Source of the DNA: Anthoceros angustus
Lineage: Eukaryota; Plantae; Anthocerotophyta
Assembly (NCBI GenBank): GCA_010909165.1
Contig: VJWM01000126.1
Span: 62,001 to 126,000 of the forward strand
Direction of reading: 5' to 3'
Length of the DNA: 64,000 nt
Below the pieces are notes generated by a model. The model worked only from the letters and a program-made list of their open reading frames with translations. It had not been told where the DNA came from and ran no database searches. The position numbers and the translations under genes are program-made. This document shows, piece by piece, positions 35,130 to 48,604 of this stretch; position 1 is the first letter of the stretch, and every line of letters starts with the position of its first letter.

Positions 35130-35599
35130 GATCGTAGCACGGAGTGGTGATGCTCGGGCAACACCAACGCGGCGCTTTATTTGAAGCGAGGAGTCCCGGG
35201 CAAGCGATGGTACCGAAGAAGGGATCGACCGGATGCACTGCATCGCCTTCTGCACCACGATTCCCGGAGCACCCCTTATTTGGACTGCTCAAAGTACCTC
35301 CAAGTTCCTCAAGTCACATCCAGGAGGGGAAGGGTTCCAAACTCCTGGGACCCAGGAATATGGGGACACAGCTTCTCGCCAAGCCGGAAGGAGCAAATGG
35401 GAGCGAGATTATGCAGATTTTTCGAAATACACACAGCAGATTGGGTTTTAGAACCGGGGAGATGGCATGTTCTGATGATCATCAGCATGTGGATTCAGTT
35501 TTCTAGTCTGACAGTTTGTATGTGGTTTGATCGCTGTTGGAGGAGTTGGACCTGGTCACACAATATGGAACAGACATTAGAAGGAGGTGGGCAGGCAAG

Positions 35600-37797
35600 T
35601 TATTGGGTTGTGGGGGAGGATTCAGAAGGATACCTTTGCGAGTCGTCGAAGGACATTGCTTCGTCTTCGATTTCCAAGGGATTCAGCATCACATTCCGCT
35701 CGAAGAAGCCTAATTTGGCTTCCAGTGATTGGCACTCCAGCAGCACCCTGTCCGTGATGCTGTTAGGTTTCAGAAAGCTCTTTCTGTAAGGAGCTGTGGA
35801 CCATGAGGTGGCCACCAAGGGGTCGGGGGTGCCCATGATGTCTCGGAAGCTTGCGCCTGCGGTGCTGTTGTCAACCACATTGCTGTCTGAGGATGATAGT
35901 TGGGAGGATGCCTCGGAGAGAGACTCATCCAAGTCTACCGGGATCTGCTGGGGTGCGGCTCCATTTTTTGTCACAGTGATGTTGAACTCCCGCTTGGGTG
36001 GAACTGCTGATGAGAGAGAGATGTAGGGCAGTTACCGTAGGCAAGCAAAGCCAGGCCTGACATGCTGAAGCCAGTCCAGGGCATAAGGGAAGCTTACAGT
36101 TGTGGGCTAGGGAGCCTTGGGTGGGAGGAAGCTTTTGAAAGGAGGACAGCCGCGTCACTTCTATCCTGTTGCCACCTGCAGGAGATGGCTGTGAGTGCCC
36201 GTGGACTGGGATAGCCACAGGAATTGGCACCCTCGGCTTTAGCTGCTTTATTTCCTCCTGTGTAACATATGGTTCCAGGTGGGATAGCAGTTCATCTTCA
36301 TCTCAGCTCACCTTACGGTGAGGCAGAATCATGGATGGTCCTTGAATGCAAATGAAATACCTGAGGAGCAACAGCAGCAGCAAGAGGTGTAGCCGACTCT
36401 TCAGGCTGATGAACAGCGGTGAGTTTCTGGCCAGCTGCATTCGTAACATACACAGCCGACCCTTGTGTGACCACAATATTTCGAGATGAATGCGGCTTGG
36501 ATGCGGGGTTGGTATGACCAGACTTCCAGGACCCTGCATCAGTAGTGTCCAACAGGCTGGCAACTGTGACATTCTGCAGCTTCACATCTTTCAGCACATT
36601 CTGCCTGGCTGACGCAGGTTCGCTCCCGCTGAAGCTGCTCACGGAGTCCAGGTTTCTGAAGCTCAGCACACTTGCGTGGTCCAGGTTAGCAAACCTCACG
36701 GTGTTGCCGTTCTGACTGGGGAACAGAGGTTTGCTGTAACGGTGACAATGGCGGTAGTGTGAGGAACTGGGAAGTGGAGTCTTCCGGGGACGCCGGACTT
36801 GCTGCTTAGGTGTGGAGGCTGCTGATGGGGCAGGTGATGCAGAGGGGGAGGGCGAAGAAGGCGTAGTAGGTGCAGACCTGCATGCCTTTGCAGCAGGAGA
36901 AGGAACCCTAACCCCGGCCCCAGCCCCAGCCCCAGCTCCGGTTGCTGCAGCCTGCAGTATCTGCGAGTTGATTGATGTGAATTGTTTCTCTGGTGAATGC
37001 CGGGATGCCATGGTCCTGGCGGCAGGGCGGCTCGGGGTTTCAGAGTCCGAGCGAGGAGGAGGAGATGGTGCGTGCATTACAAAGTAACCCGCCTTGTTGA
37101 GAGCTGCTGTCACTGTTTCCTGGATGGCAGATCCAAGCGGAAGACGGAGCGTCGACTCCGTGCTGAGCAGCGCGGATTTGCAGTCCGTCACAGTGCCTGT
37201 TCCTTGCACTGTTCCCTCTTGCCTGAACTGCATCACGCACACGGAGAACAGGATTAGGCTTTCTCCTAACAGTAGAGCAAAAAGTGATGCTTGCCACTCA
37301 AATTGCATCCTTCCTCAACGCCAAATCCAGGCCCATGTCAGGGGATTAAACAATGCGCAGATATTGGAGTCCCTCACCTGCATCCAAATGCCATCATCAG
37401 GCAGAGTCGCATCTTCCTTCACATCCCCTGCTCCCGCCGCGGCCTCGAGGACCTTATCCAGCGCAACAGTAACAGTGTGGAGCGTCTGGCCTCCGGGTTC
37501 GGCTCGCTTGGAGCGTGAAGAAGCCTCATCATCAAGAGGTCCCGGTCCTGGAGTGGTTCTTGCAGAGGAGCGCGCACTGGACGAGAGCTGAGGAGATGTG
37601 TCTTTCCCGGCCAACTGCGGGAGGATGATGAGGCTGGACCCTGACTCCGGCGTGGAAGGACAGCTTGATCTCAGCCGGATTCCAGTCACCGGCACAATTA
37701 TCGGGATGGAGTTAGCAGAGCCGGGGTAAGCCGGGGCAGCAGATTTGTTAAGCGTGGCAGGCCTGGAGGCACCGAGTCTGGACGTGGAGCAACCCAT
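35600..37797 (-). CDS. Ser/Pro/Ala-rich protein of unknown function starting MGCSTSRL, ~590 aa
   Basis: Exons 37797-37378, 37227-36361, 36257-36176 and 36003-35600 join in frame through GT-AG introns. No recognised domain. Confidence 0.65.
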
Positions 37798-39870
37798 GCA
37801 GGCTAGGATAGGCTAGGCAACTCTAGGCTAGCATGCTCCCCGCCTGCCTGCCTCTGATCCCATCCCCTCTCACCGATCCCATTTTCCCTTTCCCTTTCCT
37901 TCCCGTCCCTTCCTACATCCGCTCTGTTCTTCTTTCAGACAAAAAACTCCCGCACCGTTTTCAGCATCTGCCAAAGCTTCCAGCAGCACAGCTTTTGCAG
38001 TTGCGTCCAGGTCCCATGTCCTGCGGCAGGAAACTTGTCATGACCCGGGCCTCGGGACACACAACATCACTCCCCCGCCGATGGCTACAGCCGCGTGCCG
38101 GCCTCCCACGTCCTACCTCCCCCGCACATGCACGCCGGGTCATGATAGTACCTATATCCAGCTTCACGCTCCAGACGAGACAGCTTCACGCTCCAGCGAT
38201 GGCGACGTGACAGCCGCATTAAACCGCACTCTGCCTGCTGCTGCTGCTGCTGCTCCTCTTCCTCCTCCTCCTCCTCCTCCTGCTCCTCCTGCTCCTCCTG
38301 CTCCAGATCCGGACGATGCGCTGGGGCGCAGCAGCCCGATCCGATCCCGACGCGGTCACAGGCGGAGCAGAGAAAGGCTGGCGAGCAACGGCCGCGTCAC
38401 GGGCATCCGGAATCCATGGCCAGAAGAGTTGATGAGGAGCAGGACACGCGTCCCTGCTCCTCCAATGAATGGGCCTGAATGCGGGAGTGAAGCTCGCACA
38501 TGTGGCCTGTGTCCAGTACCTTGGACGCCATAGCCGCGGCCATTGCCTGTGGCGCTCGAGAGCGGTCCGCTCCCGCGCCGGCTTCACTTGAAGTGCCACG
38601 GGAAGTGAAGTGCGTAACTGCCATCGCACTGCACTCTAACTGCAGTCAGGAAGTCAGGCCTGTTTCCAACCATACGTAATGTGTGTAATGTTGTGGGCCC
38701 CTACTCTTCGTACACGTATGTCAAACTCAGTCGGGCCCACCGATACCTCCCCCATGTGAAGTGTACCTCCACCTCTACCCCCTTTATCATGCCAGTGCCT
38801 CCAGTAAAACCATCTCCGTCACGGGCAAAGCTTCTTTCCGACTTCCTTTTCCCCTTTATGCTCTTTGAATTTGCTTTTCGAGCTCGCCACACCAGTACTT
38901 TTTAATCTTCGATATCTACATACCAATTATCTAGGTACTTCTGAGGTTGAATTTCCAAGGAAAGAGGAGACGGCTATGGAGGATCCAATTGGCTAAGAGT
39001 GGTAGGACGTTTCAAGGATATACATCCAAGTTTTGATTCAGTTATCCTTGAATTCTCAAAAAAAAAGGAGAGGAGAGTTCATAAAAAAGATGGATTATTA
39101 TTTATTTTATAATATAATTATGAATCAATATATTTTAGGATATATAAACATCTTCTCGAATTGTAACATATTTGCACGTAATATTCATTTACATACATAT
39201 CATTCTTAGGATGTATTAAAGATGCATATGTTGTACTATACTCCTCCCTACATGCCTTCTAAGTTTTGGGGTGAATATTTATATGATTTACCCAAATACT
39301 TGCTTACTTACTCACGAGGTAAATATTTAGGACCATCATAATATACTTTGTGTCTGACCAACATATGTAGGACAATATCAAAGATCCCCAGATCCAAGGT
39401 TGTGTCAAAAGTGGCCTGGGCCCAACTGGAACGGTGACGACAGAAAGCCAACACTCGAGGTCATCATTACACATGTCAATTCGATTGTGGCTTGGCTAGA
39501 TCGTGATCCAATGTTGTGTGTACAACGCACCTTGGTTTAAATGTATGACACAAGGTACATGTCCAAAACGTCATTGTCATGGCGACATAGCGGCTTTGGC
39601 AAAGGTAAACTGGTGCCATGCTATCTACATGAATCCAACTCGGTCAACAATGTACAAAGTCAAAAGTTGTATTGTACATGCAACACATCCTTCTGCACAT
39701 CTCGTGTATTGCATTATATGATTGTACTTTATTTTACTTGACTTTATATTTCAGTAGGGTAGTCTCACGCGCAAGAACTTTGGCATTTGCTACATTTGTA
39801 CATACATATATTACACATGTGGTTGTTTGATATGGATACATATGTACTTAAATTGCCAATCTGAAAGCGT

Positions 39871-40345
39871 ATGCAACATGGGTAGGGCACACGCACACAA
39901 AAATGATCATTTTTTAAGCTTATGTACTTGGGTGTAAACATTTGACACACTATGCAACATGGGTAGGGCACACGCACACAAAAATGATCATTTTTTAAGC
40001 TTATGTACTTGGGTGTAAACATTTGACACACACCGGCACGAGCATACATGTGGTGGGAACACGCATCCACTCAGTCATTGTTTAATTTTAAGCTTATGTA
40101 CTTGGTGTAAACGTAGGGCACACACTGGCACGAGCATACATGAGGTGGGAACATGCATACACGTGCCCATTATCTAATTTCTAGTTTATGTACTTGGGCG
40201 TAAACATATGGCACACGCCAGCACGAGCAAACACGAGTTGGGAACGCGCATCCACGTGCCCATGTTGTAATTTTAAGCTTATGTACTTGGGAGAATGTAC
40301 ATCCACGCGCTCATGTTGTAATTTTGAGCTTACGTACTTGGGTGA
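39871..40345. repeat. 81-bp tandem pair followed by degenerate units sharing AAGCTTATGTACTTGGG
   Basis: 39871-39951 and 39952-40031 are near-identical. The core recurs near 40090, 40185, 40276 and 40327. Confidence 0.85.
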
Positions 40346-40553
40346 CACAGGCCCAGCATGAGGAGACACGAGGTGGGCATGCATAATGTCACCTTCGTGT
40401 CAACCAGGTAAACACCTGACACATGGAAACCGTGTACACACATAATCGTGTTATGACCTATATATTTGATATTTAACTATAATATGTATTAGACCATACT
40501 ATAAATAGGAGAAGATTGTACCAAATAAGAAACTTCAGAAACTTTAGTTGCAA

Positions 40554-40609
40554 GAAGACGGAAGACGGAAGACGGAAGACGGAAGACGGAAGACGGAAGA
40601 CGGAAGACG
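40554..40609. repeat. (GAAGACG)8 perfect heptamer repeat
   Basis: Directly visible. Confidence 0.95.
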
Positions 40610-42167
40610 GAGGAGGAAAGGCAAGCTAGCTCGCTAGCAAGAAGGTGGTAGGTATGTAGGTAAGAAGGGGGAGCAATAACTTGGAAGGTGCTGTGTGGTG
40701 ACCGAGGAAGTGAAAGAGGCGAGGAGGCACTGGGGCCGCAGTGATGAAGCGGGTGTGCGGGTGGTGACTTCACTAGGGTGGTTTTATCCGGATGGAGACT
40801 TGGTAGCTAAGGTACGCTGTCCATCCAAGTTCAACCATCCATCCATCCAGCCATCCATCCATCCATCCATCCATGGGGATTCTGTCTGGGCTCGGGCAGG
40901 GGCAGGGGCTGGGGCAGGCCCAGGCCCAGGTGAAGTGTTGTTTTTTTATATGCAGAGTTGGCGGGTTGCGATTTCCCTGGGCGCTGGCCGCCGCGTTGGG
41001 TGCGAGAGTGAGTGAGTTTGTGTGTTGTGTGCGGGTTTGCTTTGCTTTGCTCTGCTGGCTGGCTGGCCGTGTGCGTTTGTGCTGTTGCCTGCTGCCTTCT
41101 GCCTGTTGCGGTGTGGCGGGGCCGAGCGCACCCGAACCCAGCCAAGGTCGTCCTTCTCCTTCCCTCCCGCGCCCAGGGCCAGGCCCACGCCCACGCCCAG
41201 GCCCAGGCCCAGGCCCAGGCCCAGGACGAGGCCAGTCCAGTCCAGCCCAGGCCAGGCCAGACCAGGCCGCATTCTATCTCCGTCCGGCCTCCCCTCCCGG
41301 TCCTGCCACTCCCCCTCCTCCCCGTCCCCCGGCAGGCAAGCAGCAGCGCAAGCGGAAGCACAAGCATTAAGCGGATGCGTACGCAGATGCAGATGCCTCC
41401 GCTGCTCGCCCTTCTTAAAGGCCCCGAATTGGGTGCAGAAACCGAGGAATTGGAGCCCCGGTTGTGCGCGCCTTCTCGCTCGTCCTCGCCCCTCATCTCG
41501 CCAATTGGCGTCCTCTGCTAGGGTTCAGCCATGTGAGTGCGCCCTCGCGCTCCTGCCCCTCCTGCTTTCCTTTGCTTCTGCCTTGCCTGGCTTGCCTGCC
41601 TGCCTGCCTGCTTCCTACCTCCCCGAGCCTCCCTTCCAGGTTCTGCAGCTGGATTGTGGGTTTTTGTGGGTCCTTGTGAGTTTTTGTGGGTCGTTGTGGG
41701 TTTTTGTGGGTTGTTGTTGTTTGTTGCCGCTGCTGCCGGGGCAGCTGCGGCAACGAAGTAGGAGGAGGAATTGGGTTGCCTCCAGATCTCCCTCCTTCCT
41801 CCCCTGCTTGCGCATTTGCATTGCTGCCGGCCGGGCGGTGGGATATTGGTTTGGCGGGGGGTTTGAATTCCGTTTTGTGGGCGCTCAGGGTTGCCTGGGT
41901 GCTAGATCCCGGCCTGTTCCGGGGCTGGAGCTGGGTGGCGCGAATCTGGTAAGCTCGTCGGGTGCTGAATTTTGGGTTGGGAGCTCTCCTCTAGCTAGCT
42001 TTTCTGGGCTTTTGATTTGATTTGATTTGATTTGAGCCGAGTCGCAATCCATTCCAGTCCATTCCATGCCATTCCAATTGCATTGACAGTAGCAATGGAG
42101 GCAGCAGCAATTTGATCTTGTGCTGTGTGTGATCCGGAATTGTGAATTGGGTAGCGAGAGCAAGACC

Positions 42168-44438
42168 ATGGACCAGATTGTGCTGCCGGAATGCGTGGTG
42201 TGCCTGCAGCACTACGACGAGGAGCAGCACGCCCCGCACGTGCTCTCGTGCGGCCACTCGCTCTGCGTCAGCTGCGCAGTGGAGCTCCCGACGCAGTGGC
42301 CGGCGGGGGAGTCCGCCTTCGCCTCCTCCTCCGCCTATGCCGCCTCGTCTTCCCTGCTGGGCAGCACCTCCAGGCCGCCGGGCTCCGTCATCCGCTGCCC
42401 CGAATGCAACCACCGCACCCGCCTCCCCTTCGGCGGGGCCTCAGGCCTTCCGCGAAACATCGAGCTCATGCGGATGGTGGGCTGCGTGCAGCGATGGCTG
42501 GAGGGCAGGATATGAAGGCCAAGGGGCTCAAGGCGGGGACGGCGAGGGGTGAGGAATGGCAGGCCGGGCCCAGGGCCGGGGCCGGCCCTGGGCCCGGCCT
42601 GGAGCCTCGGCCCCCCGCCCTCGTTCCGCCCGCCAAGGGAATGAGAATTGAGAACAATGGGAACCGGGGATTGCAGGAGGAGAGGACGGTGTGGAGGGAG
42701 CGGGGGGAGCTTGTCACCATCGCCCCGCCTGCTATTGGGCCCAGCCCCGTCATCACCAGCAGGCTGGCTGCCATCAGGGCTGCGGAGCAGAGGCGTGCGC
42801 GGGGTAATGCTGACGGGAATGGCTCTGGGCTTGGCTCTGGGCTTGGGGGAGAGGACGACATGTCGGATGCGCAGGATGAAGGCGGGGACGACAATTCGGA
42901 GGAAAACGATGTGAGCGGCTGGGCTTGTTTGGTGGAAGTGAGGACTCTGGAAGGGCATTGTGACACTGTGACTTCGCTCATGATCTATGGTAAGTGCCTT
43001 CACTTGACTTTGCTTCCCTCCCTTCAGCATGAAGCTAGAGGCCTGGATGGGAGTGAGGAAAAAACATATTGGGGATTGGTGGGTGGCAGGGGGATGTCTG
43101 CTCAGTGCTGGCTACGACAAGAGTGTCAGGTTGTGGTCACTGGAAGTAAGAGCCTTACCTTGCCACTGCTTCCTTTCGCATTTCAATTATCAGATCTGGA
43201 GTGGGTAACATGTTGCTCCTGCTCCAGGATGGTGCTCTGCTGCAGACTCTGGACGGCCATCCGCACAGGGTGATGGCTCTGGCCATAGATCATGAATCCA
43301 AGGTCCTCTTCAGCGGTGACTACGGGGGCCAGATCTTTGTGTGGGACCTGGCTGAGTTGAATGATGTCAAGTCGGTTGTAACCTGGCAAGAGCACAACGA
43401 CTGGAGGTACACCGGGGTCGCTTCCCTTCTGGCCTCCGGAGATGGCTTGCTGTACAGTGGCAGCGGAGACCGAACCATCAAAGCCTGGAATCTGCAGGTA
43501 TGCTGCCATACCTCTCGTCTCTTGACTACATGTTGTGCTTCCTTCCTTTCACTGACAGCATCGTCCATCCCCTCTGCTTGCCAGGATTACTCCCTTGTCA
43601 CGACCATGGAAGGGCACAAGTCCTTGGTCTCATCCCTGCATGTCGATGGAGAGGTGCTTTACAGTGGCAGCTGGGACGGTTCTGTCCGCCTGTGGTGGCG
43701 CTCTGACCACTCTTGTCTCACCACCATAGGGGCCTCCGACAACTACACGCATGGCTCTATCCGAAGCCTGTCTGGAGCTACTGGCCTTTTGTTTGTCGGC
43801 CGGGACAGTGGTGCCATTCAGGTATGTATATACTGCCCTTCCAGTACCTTCTGCAACACGTGTGATGACGTTTCGCTATCTTTGTATTCCTCGCTGACAC
43901 AACTTCCCCCAGGTCTGGAAAGATGAGGAGTGCCTGGGCCTTATCAACGCACATACGGGAACTGTCGCCGCACTGTGTGTGGGCGGGAACTGGCTCTACT
44001 CGGCCAGCTGGGACAAGTCCCTCAAGGTCTCTGCCATGGCTTCCCTTTCTTCTCCACTCTCTTGCTGCATTCCCATCCAGCCGTCCAGCCTGATACAGTG
44101 ATTTACACTTACAAAATCCTTCTTCCGAGTTGCAGGCATGGCAGCTTCACCCGTCCATCCTGGACTCTCGGCCGGAAATCGTCAGCATGAGTTCCTCGTC
44201 TGTGACAGCAGTCGTCGCCCACGATGGCAAACTGTATGGGGCCTTTTCGGATGGATGCATCAAGGTTGGTACCATGTCACATCCTTGCCTTTGCACGTCC
44301 CACAACAAAATCTTGTTCCCCCATCGGTCAAGCAACTTGTGACTGACGCCTGCCTGGTCTGGATAGCAGGTATACCGGGAGATAGAGAATGCCAGAGAGA
44401 TGCAGAATGACTCGGAAATCTTTCACTGCAGCGCATAG
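42168..44438 (+). CDS. N-terminal RING finger + WD40-repeat protein with an apparent 1-nt frameshift near 42480
   Basis: CVVC..CGHSLC..C..CPEC RING. WD40 exons 43090-43145, 43228-43497, 43585-43821, 43913-44026, 44136-44264 and 44370-44438 (SGSGDRTIKAW, SGSWDGSVRLW, SASWDKSLK). Confidence 0.85.
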
Positions 44439-45909
44439 TCCTTGACGGCACTGCACTGGTTTTGGAGATTGAGAAGAAACTGCTATGTTGTTTTGCTAGG
44501 AATGAGCTAGGCTAATTTTGCATCCGATAGTCGCAGTGGTACCTCTTCTCTCCGTTGGCGTAGGTGCTAGTCATAAGATGCCACCAAGCTGCCCAACTGC
44601 ATATACTGCCTGAGCCTGTAGAACTCACAAACAAACTCGATGAGTCTCGAATAGTTGTTTCTCCACTCTTTGAGTGCGTGTACCGTAAGAGGTGCTCTAA
44701 TCTAGACACCGAAGTTCCTGCTATTTGATGCATGAAAGACTCTTGCTATGTGGTCGCCACGATGATCATATATACTGCGGAGCCCCTGTGTAGACTAAGT
44801 CTGCCCTATCCAGCCATCCTCGCGGCCTGTGCAGATGCACAAGCCAGTCCTCGGCAGTGATCTCTAACCTTGAGCACATATTTGGTTCCCACAGCGAGCC
44901 AACCTACACGCAAGGGGTGGCACACGCAGCCTCTTACTCCCATCTCCAACCAAGAGGAAACGGACTGCCATTGATGAAAAACCTAAAACCCCTGACCCCG
45001 CCGAGAAAACCCTGATGACAGATCGGAGCATCCAGCAGCCCTGACAGCAGATCAAAGCGACCTGTTTAAGCCCTACCCGCAGCGCTAGGGTGGACTCCTC
45101 CCTCCCGGAGACGATGCTTGGAAACCCAGCAGCTAGGGCTACCGCTCCCGCTCCCGCCCGATAGCAGCCGTGTATTGCACGATCTGATTGAGGCCAGCAG
45201 CACAGCCAATTCCTGCTCCCCGTTATCGTCCAGCGCCAGCCACGCTTGCACAACCACCACCACCACCTGGCAAGCCATGGCTGCTAGGGTTGCTATCTCC
45301 CGCTGCTGAAGCCGCTTCTTCCGCCTCATTCTCACACAGCCAAGGTGTAATTGCAGGATGGGGTTGCAGCTTCCGAGCATCCCATGAATGAAGCCGCCAA
45401 ATTTGGACCACCAGTTCAATAATCCACACAAGCCTGATGCATGGACAACGGAGAAGCGGGCACCAACACCTCGCTTCTCCTTACATTACGAGTACTATCT
45501 TCTGCAGCATCGGCACATAAGAGTAAACTAGTCTACCTACCTAGGTGAGCATCTCATCGCTTTCCACATATTCAGGAAATCAGTATCGTTCTTCCATCGC
45601 CATTGGAATGATATCTCTCAAACGTATTTATGTATAGGATAACGAACTATTGACATAAGTACTTAGTTAGGAATGTGGTAGATAGTTAATAGGTATATGA
45701 TTTATCCTAAGTCAGAGCATAGGTGCCTCCCATGGACATTCGATGGGCATGTGGGAGATAACTGATGGCCATCCGATAGGCCATAGGTCAGGTTAACATC
45801 AATACCAGAATTTGATGGTGAACATGAGTACCATCAGTTGATCCATATAATGTCGAGTACATCAGTTTGGTTTTTAAATCACACATTGATTACATATGGA
45901 GATGGATGT

Positions 45910-48604
45910 AGAAAATCACTAGGACATAGATGTGCCTTTTAGACGTGGCATATGGCCCCGTTAGCTAGAGCAAGTTAAACTTCCTCGAGCAAATTATCTG
46001 TGTGAGACCATTGTTGAAATAAAGTTAAATCAAGGTTAATATTTTTATCAGATAAAATTTGATTGGGAATCTTAAAAATAATACAGATATATTTTCAATA
46101 AATCTTTGAGTTTGGGTTAATAGTCATCGAGTTTTGGCAAACCTGTCGAGTATATATGGAAGGACCTCATGCCCTATGGAGTGGAAGGTCTATCATAGAA
46201 TTTCTTGTTGCTATTAGTGTATGAGTGGAGACGGTCTGCTATATTGTGTGGATCTCGTGGCCTCCGTTTAGTTCTTAGGTTAGATTGATTTTATCATTTT
46301 CTATTATTATTATTATTATTATTATTTATGATAGATTTTAAATATGAAAATTAGAAGTCTAACCATGTAGTAGGAATTGAGTTGAAGAAATTAGGTCGTC
46401 CAAGATTTTGAATTGGGTCTGTTTTGATCTTGTTTTGTTGGATAGGTGAGACATGAATATCTGGTAGCCACAAGAGTAGTGAGGAAGTCAGATCGGTACG
46501 GATTTAGTGTATGGTGGATGAAGTGTGAAAGACCCGGAGGCCGTGTCGAAGGCTCCTGCTCCGAGGAGCTGAAGCCTTTATTTTAATTCGAAATTTGGAC
46601 AAGAAGCAAAGAGAGTCTAGGGTAGTTTGGAGAGAGTCCGGGCGCGATGGGGAAACGTGGGAGACCGAAGAGGTTCGTACCAAGGGTTACTGCAGTTTCA
46701 CTTTTTAACTGGTATGAGTGATATATGTATGTATGTGTGGCGATGCCCCGTAATTGAGAATCGACAGTACCTGGCGGTGTGAGGGCTGGGCTGTGAGTGC
46801 GCTGCGCTACCCTCGGTAATTATGTATGCCGAGGGTACAGAATACAGATGATCATGTTCTTGGATGGTGTGCTTAAGTGCCCTAGGGTTTAAGATGCACA
46901 CTGCGCACCTGGGTGCTCACCCTTGGAAATTGCACTTCCCCACAGGAAGAACACAATGCGTGTTCCGAATGCAGATGCCTCGGATCGCCTTGGCAGTGGC
47001 GATCCCAGCCCCACCAGGTACTTCTTCTGCTCAAGCTGCCGGAAGCTGGGGTTTACGCGATCTCCTGCTGTGCATTGACTGGGTCTCATCTGCTTGGTGA
47101 TGCAGGTCCAAGAGGAGGCAGGTGGCGCTCAGTGCTCGGACCCTTCTTCTGCTGGTTGCTATTTTTTCCCCCTTTTTCCGGTGCTGGTCTGAATTTTCCG
47201 AATTATGCCAGTTTGGAGTGTTTCATTTTCCTGGATTCAGCCTGTCAGCTGGATTGATGTAGAAAATCACTAGGACATAGATGTGCCTTTTAGGCGTGGC
47301 ATATGGCCCGTTAGCTAGAGCAAGTTAAACTTCCTCGAGCAAATTATCTGTGTGAGACCATTGTTGAAATAAAGTTAAATCAAGGTTAATATTTTTATCA
47401 GATAAAATTTGATTGGGAATCTTAAAATAATACAGATATATTTTCAATAAATCTTTGAGTTTGGGTTAATAGTCGAGTTTTGGCAAACACATCGAGTATA
47501 TATGGAAGGACCTCATGCCCTATGGAGTGGAAGGTCTATCATAGAATTTCTTGTTGCTATTAGTGTATGAGTGGAGACGGTCTGCTATATTGTGTGGATC
47601 TCGTGGCCTCCGTTTAGTTCTTAGGTTAGATTGATTTTATCATTTTCTATTATTATTATTATTATTTATGATAGATTTTAAATATGAAAATTAGAAGTCT
47701 AACCATGTAGTAGGAATTGAGTTGAAGAAATTAGGTCGTCCAAGATTTTGAATTGGGTCTGTTTTGATCTTGTTTTGTTGGATAGGTGAGACATGAATAT
47801 CTGGTAGCCACAAGAGTAGTGAGGAAGTCAGATCGGTACGGATTTAGTGTATGGTGGATGAAGTGTGAAAGACCCGGAGGCCGTGTCGAAGGCTCCTGCT
47901 CCGAGGAGCTGAAGCCTTTATTTTAATTCGAAATTTTGGACAAGAAGCAAAAGAGAGTCTAGGGTAGTTTTGGAGAGAGTCCGGGCGCGATGGGGAAACG
48001 TGGGAGACCGAAGAGGTTCGTACCAAGGGTTACTGCAGTTTCACTTTTTAACTGGTATGAGTGATATATGTATGTATGTGTGGCGATGCCCCGTAATTGA
48101 GAATCGACAGTACCTGGCGGTGTGAGGGCTGGGCTGTGAGTGCGCTGCGCTACCCTCGGTAATTATGTATGCCGAGGGTACAGAATACAGATGATCATGT
48201 TCTTGGATGGTGTGCTTAAGTGCCCTAGGGTTTAAGATGCACACTGCGCACCTGGGTGCTCACCCTTGGAAATTGCACTTCCCCACAGGAAGAACACAAT
48301 GCGTGTTCCGAATGCAGATGCCTCGGATCGCCTTGGCAGTGGCGATCCCAGCCCCACCAGGTACTTCTTCTGCTCAAGCTGCCGGAAGCTGGGGTTTACG
48401 CGATCTCCTGCTGTGCATTGACTGGGTCTCATCTGCTTGGTGATGCAGGTCCAAGAGGAGGCGGGTGGCGCTCGGTGCTCCGGACCCTTCTTCTGCTGGT
48501 TGCTATTTTTTCCCCCTTTTTCCGGTGCTGGTCTGAATTTTCCGAATTATGCCAGTTTGGAGTGTTTCATTTTCCTGGATTCAGCCTGTCAGCTGGATTG
48601 ATGT
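45910..48604. repeat. Tandem duplication with ~1.35-kb units (45910-47260 and 47261-48604) covering the ADA2 promoter and exons 1-3
   Basis: Near-identical units, with identical ORFs at 46698/48041 and 46864/48207, and GATGT microhomology at all three boundaries. Confidence 0.92.
46647..47154 (+). pseudogene. Duplicated ADA2 exons 1-3; exon 3 is 1 nt shorter
   Basis: Copy of 47990-48498, with GTGCTCGGAC in place of GTGCTCCGGAC. Confidence 0.75.

Noticed and set aside
38081-38629. Pro/Ala-rich ORFs upstream of the MGC- gene
   Set aside because: Driven by (CCT)n/(GCT)n microsatellites; more likely 5' UTR or promoter.
4410-40345. CRISPR-like arrays in the periodic repeats (4410, 12360, 19531, 29293, 39871)
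   Set aside because: Units are contiguous or degenerate with no unique spacers, there are no cas genes, and the context is eukaryotic.
40695-42020. Many overlapping ORFs of up to 332 aa
   Set aside because: Produced by GC-rich simple repeats ((CCAT)n, (GCCCAG)n, (GCCT)n) in the probable 5' UTR/intron of the RING-WD40 gene; no domain.
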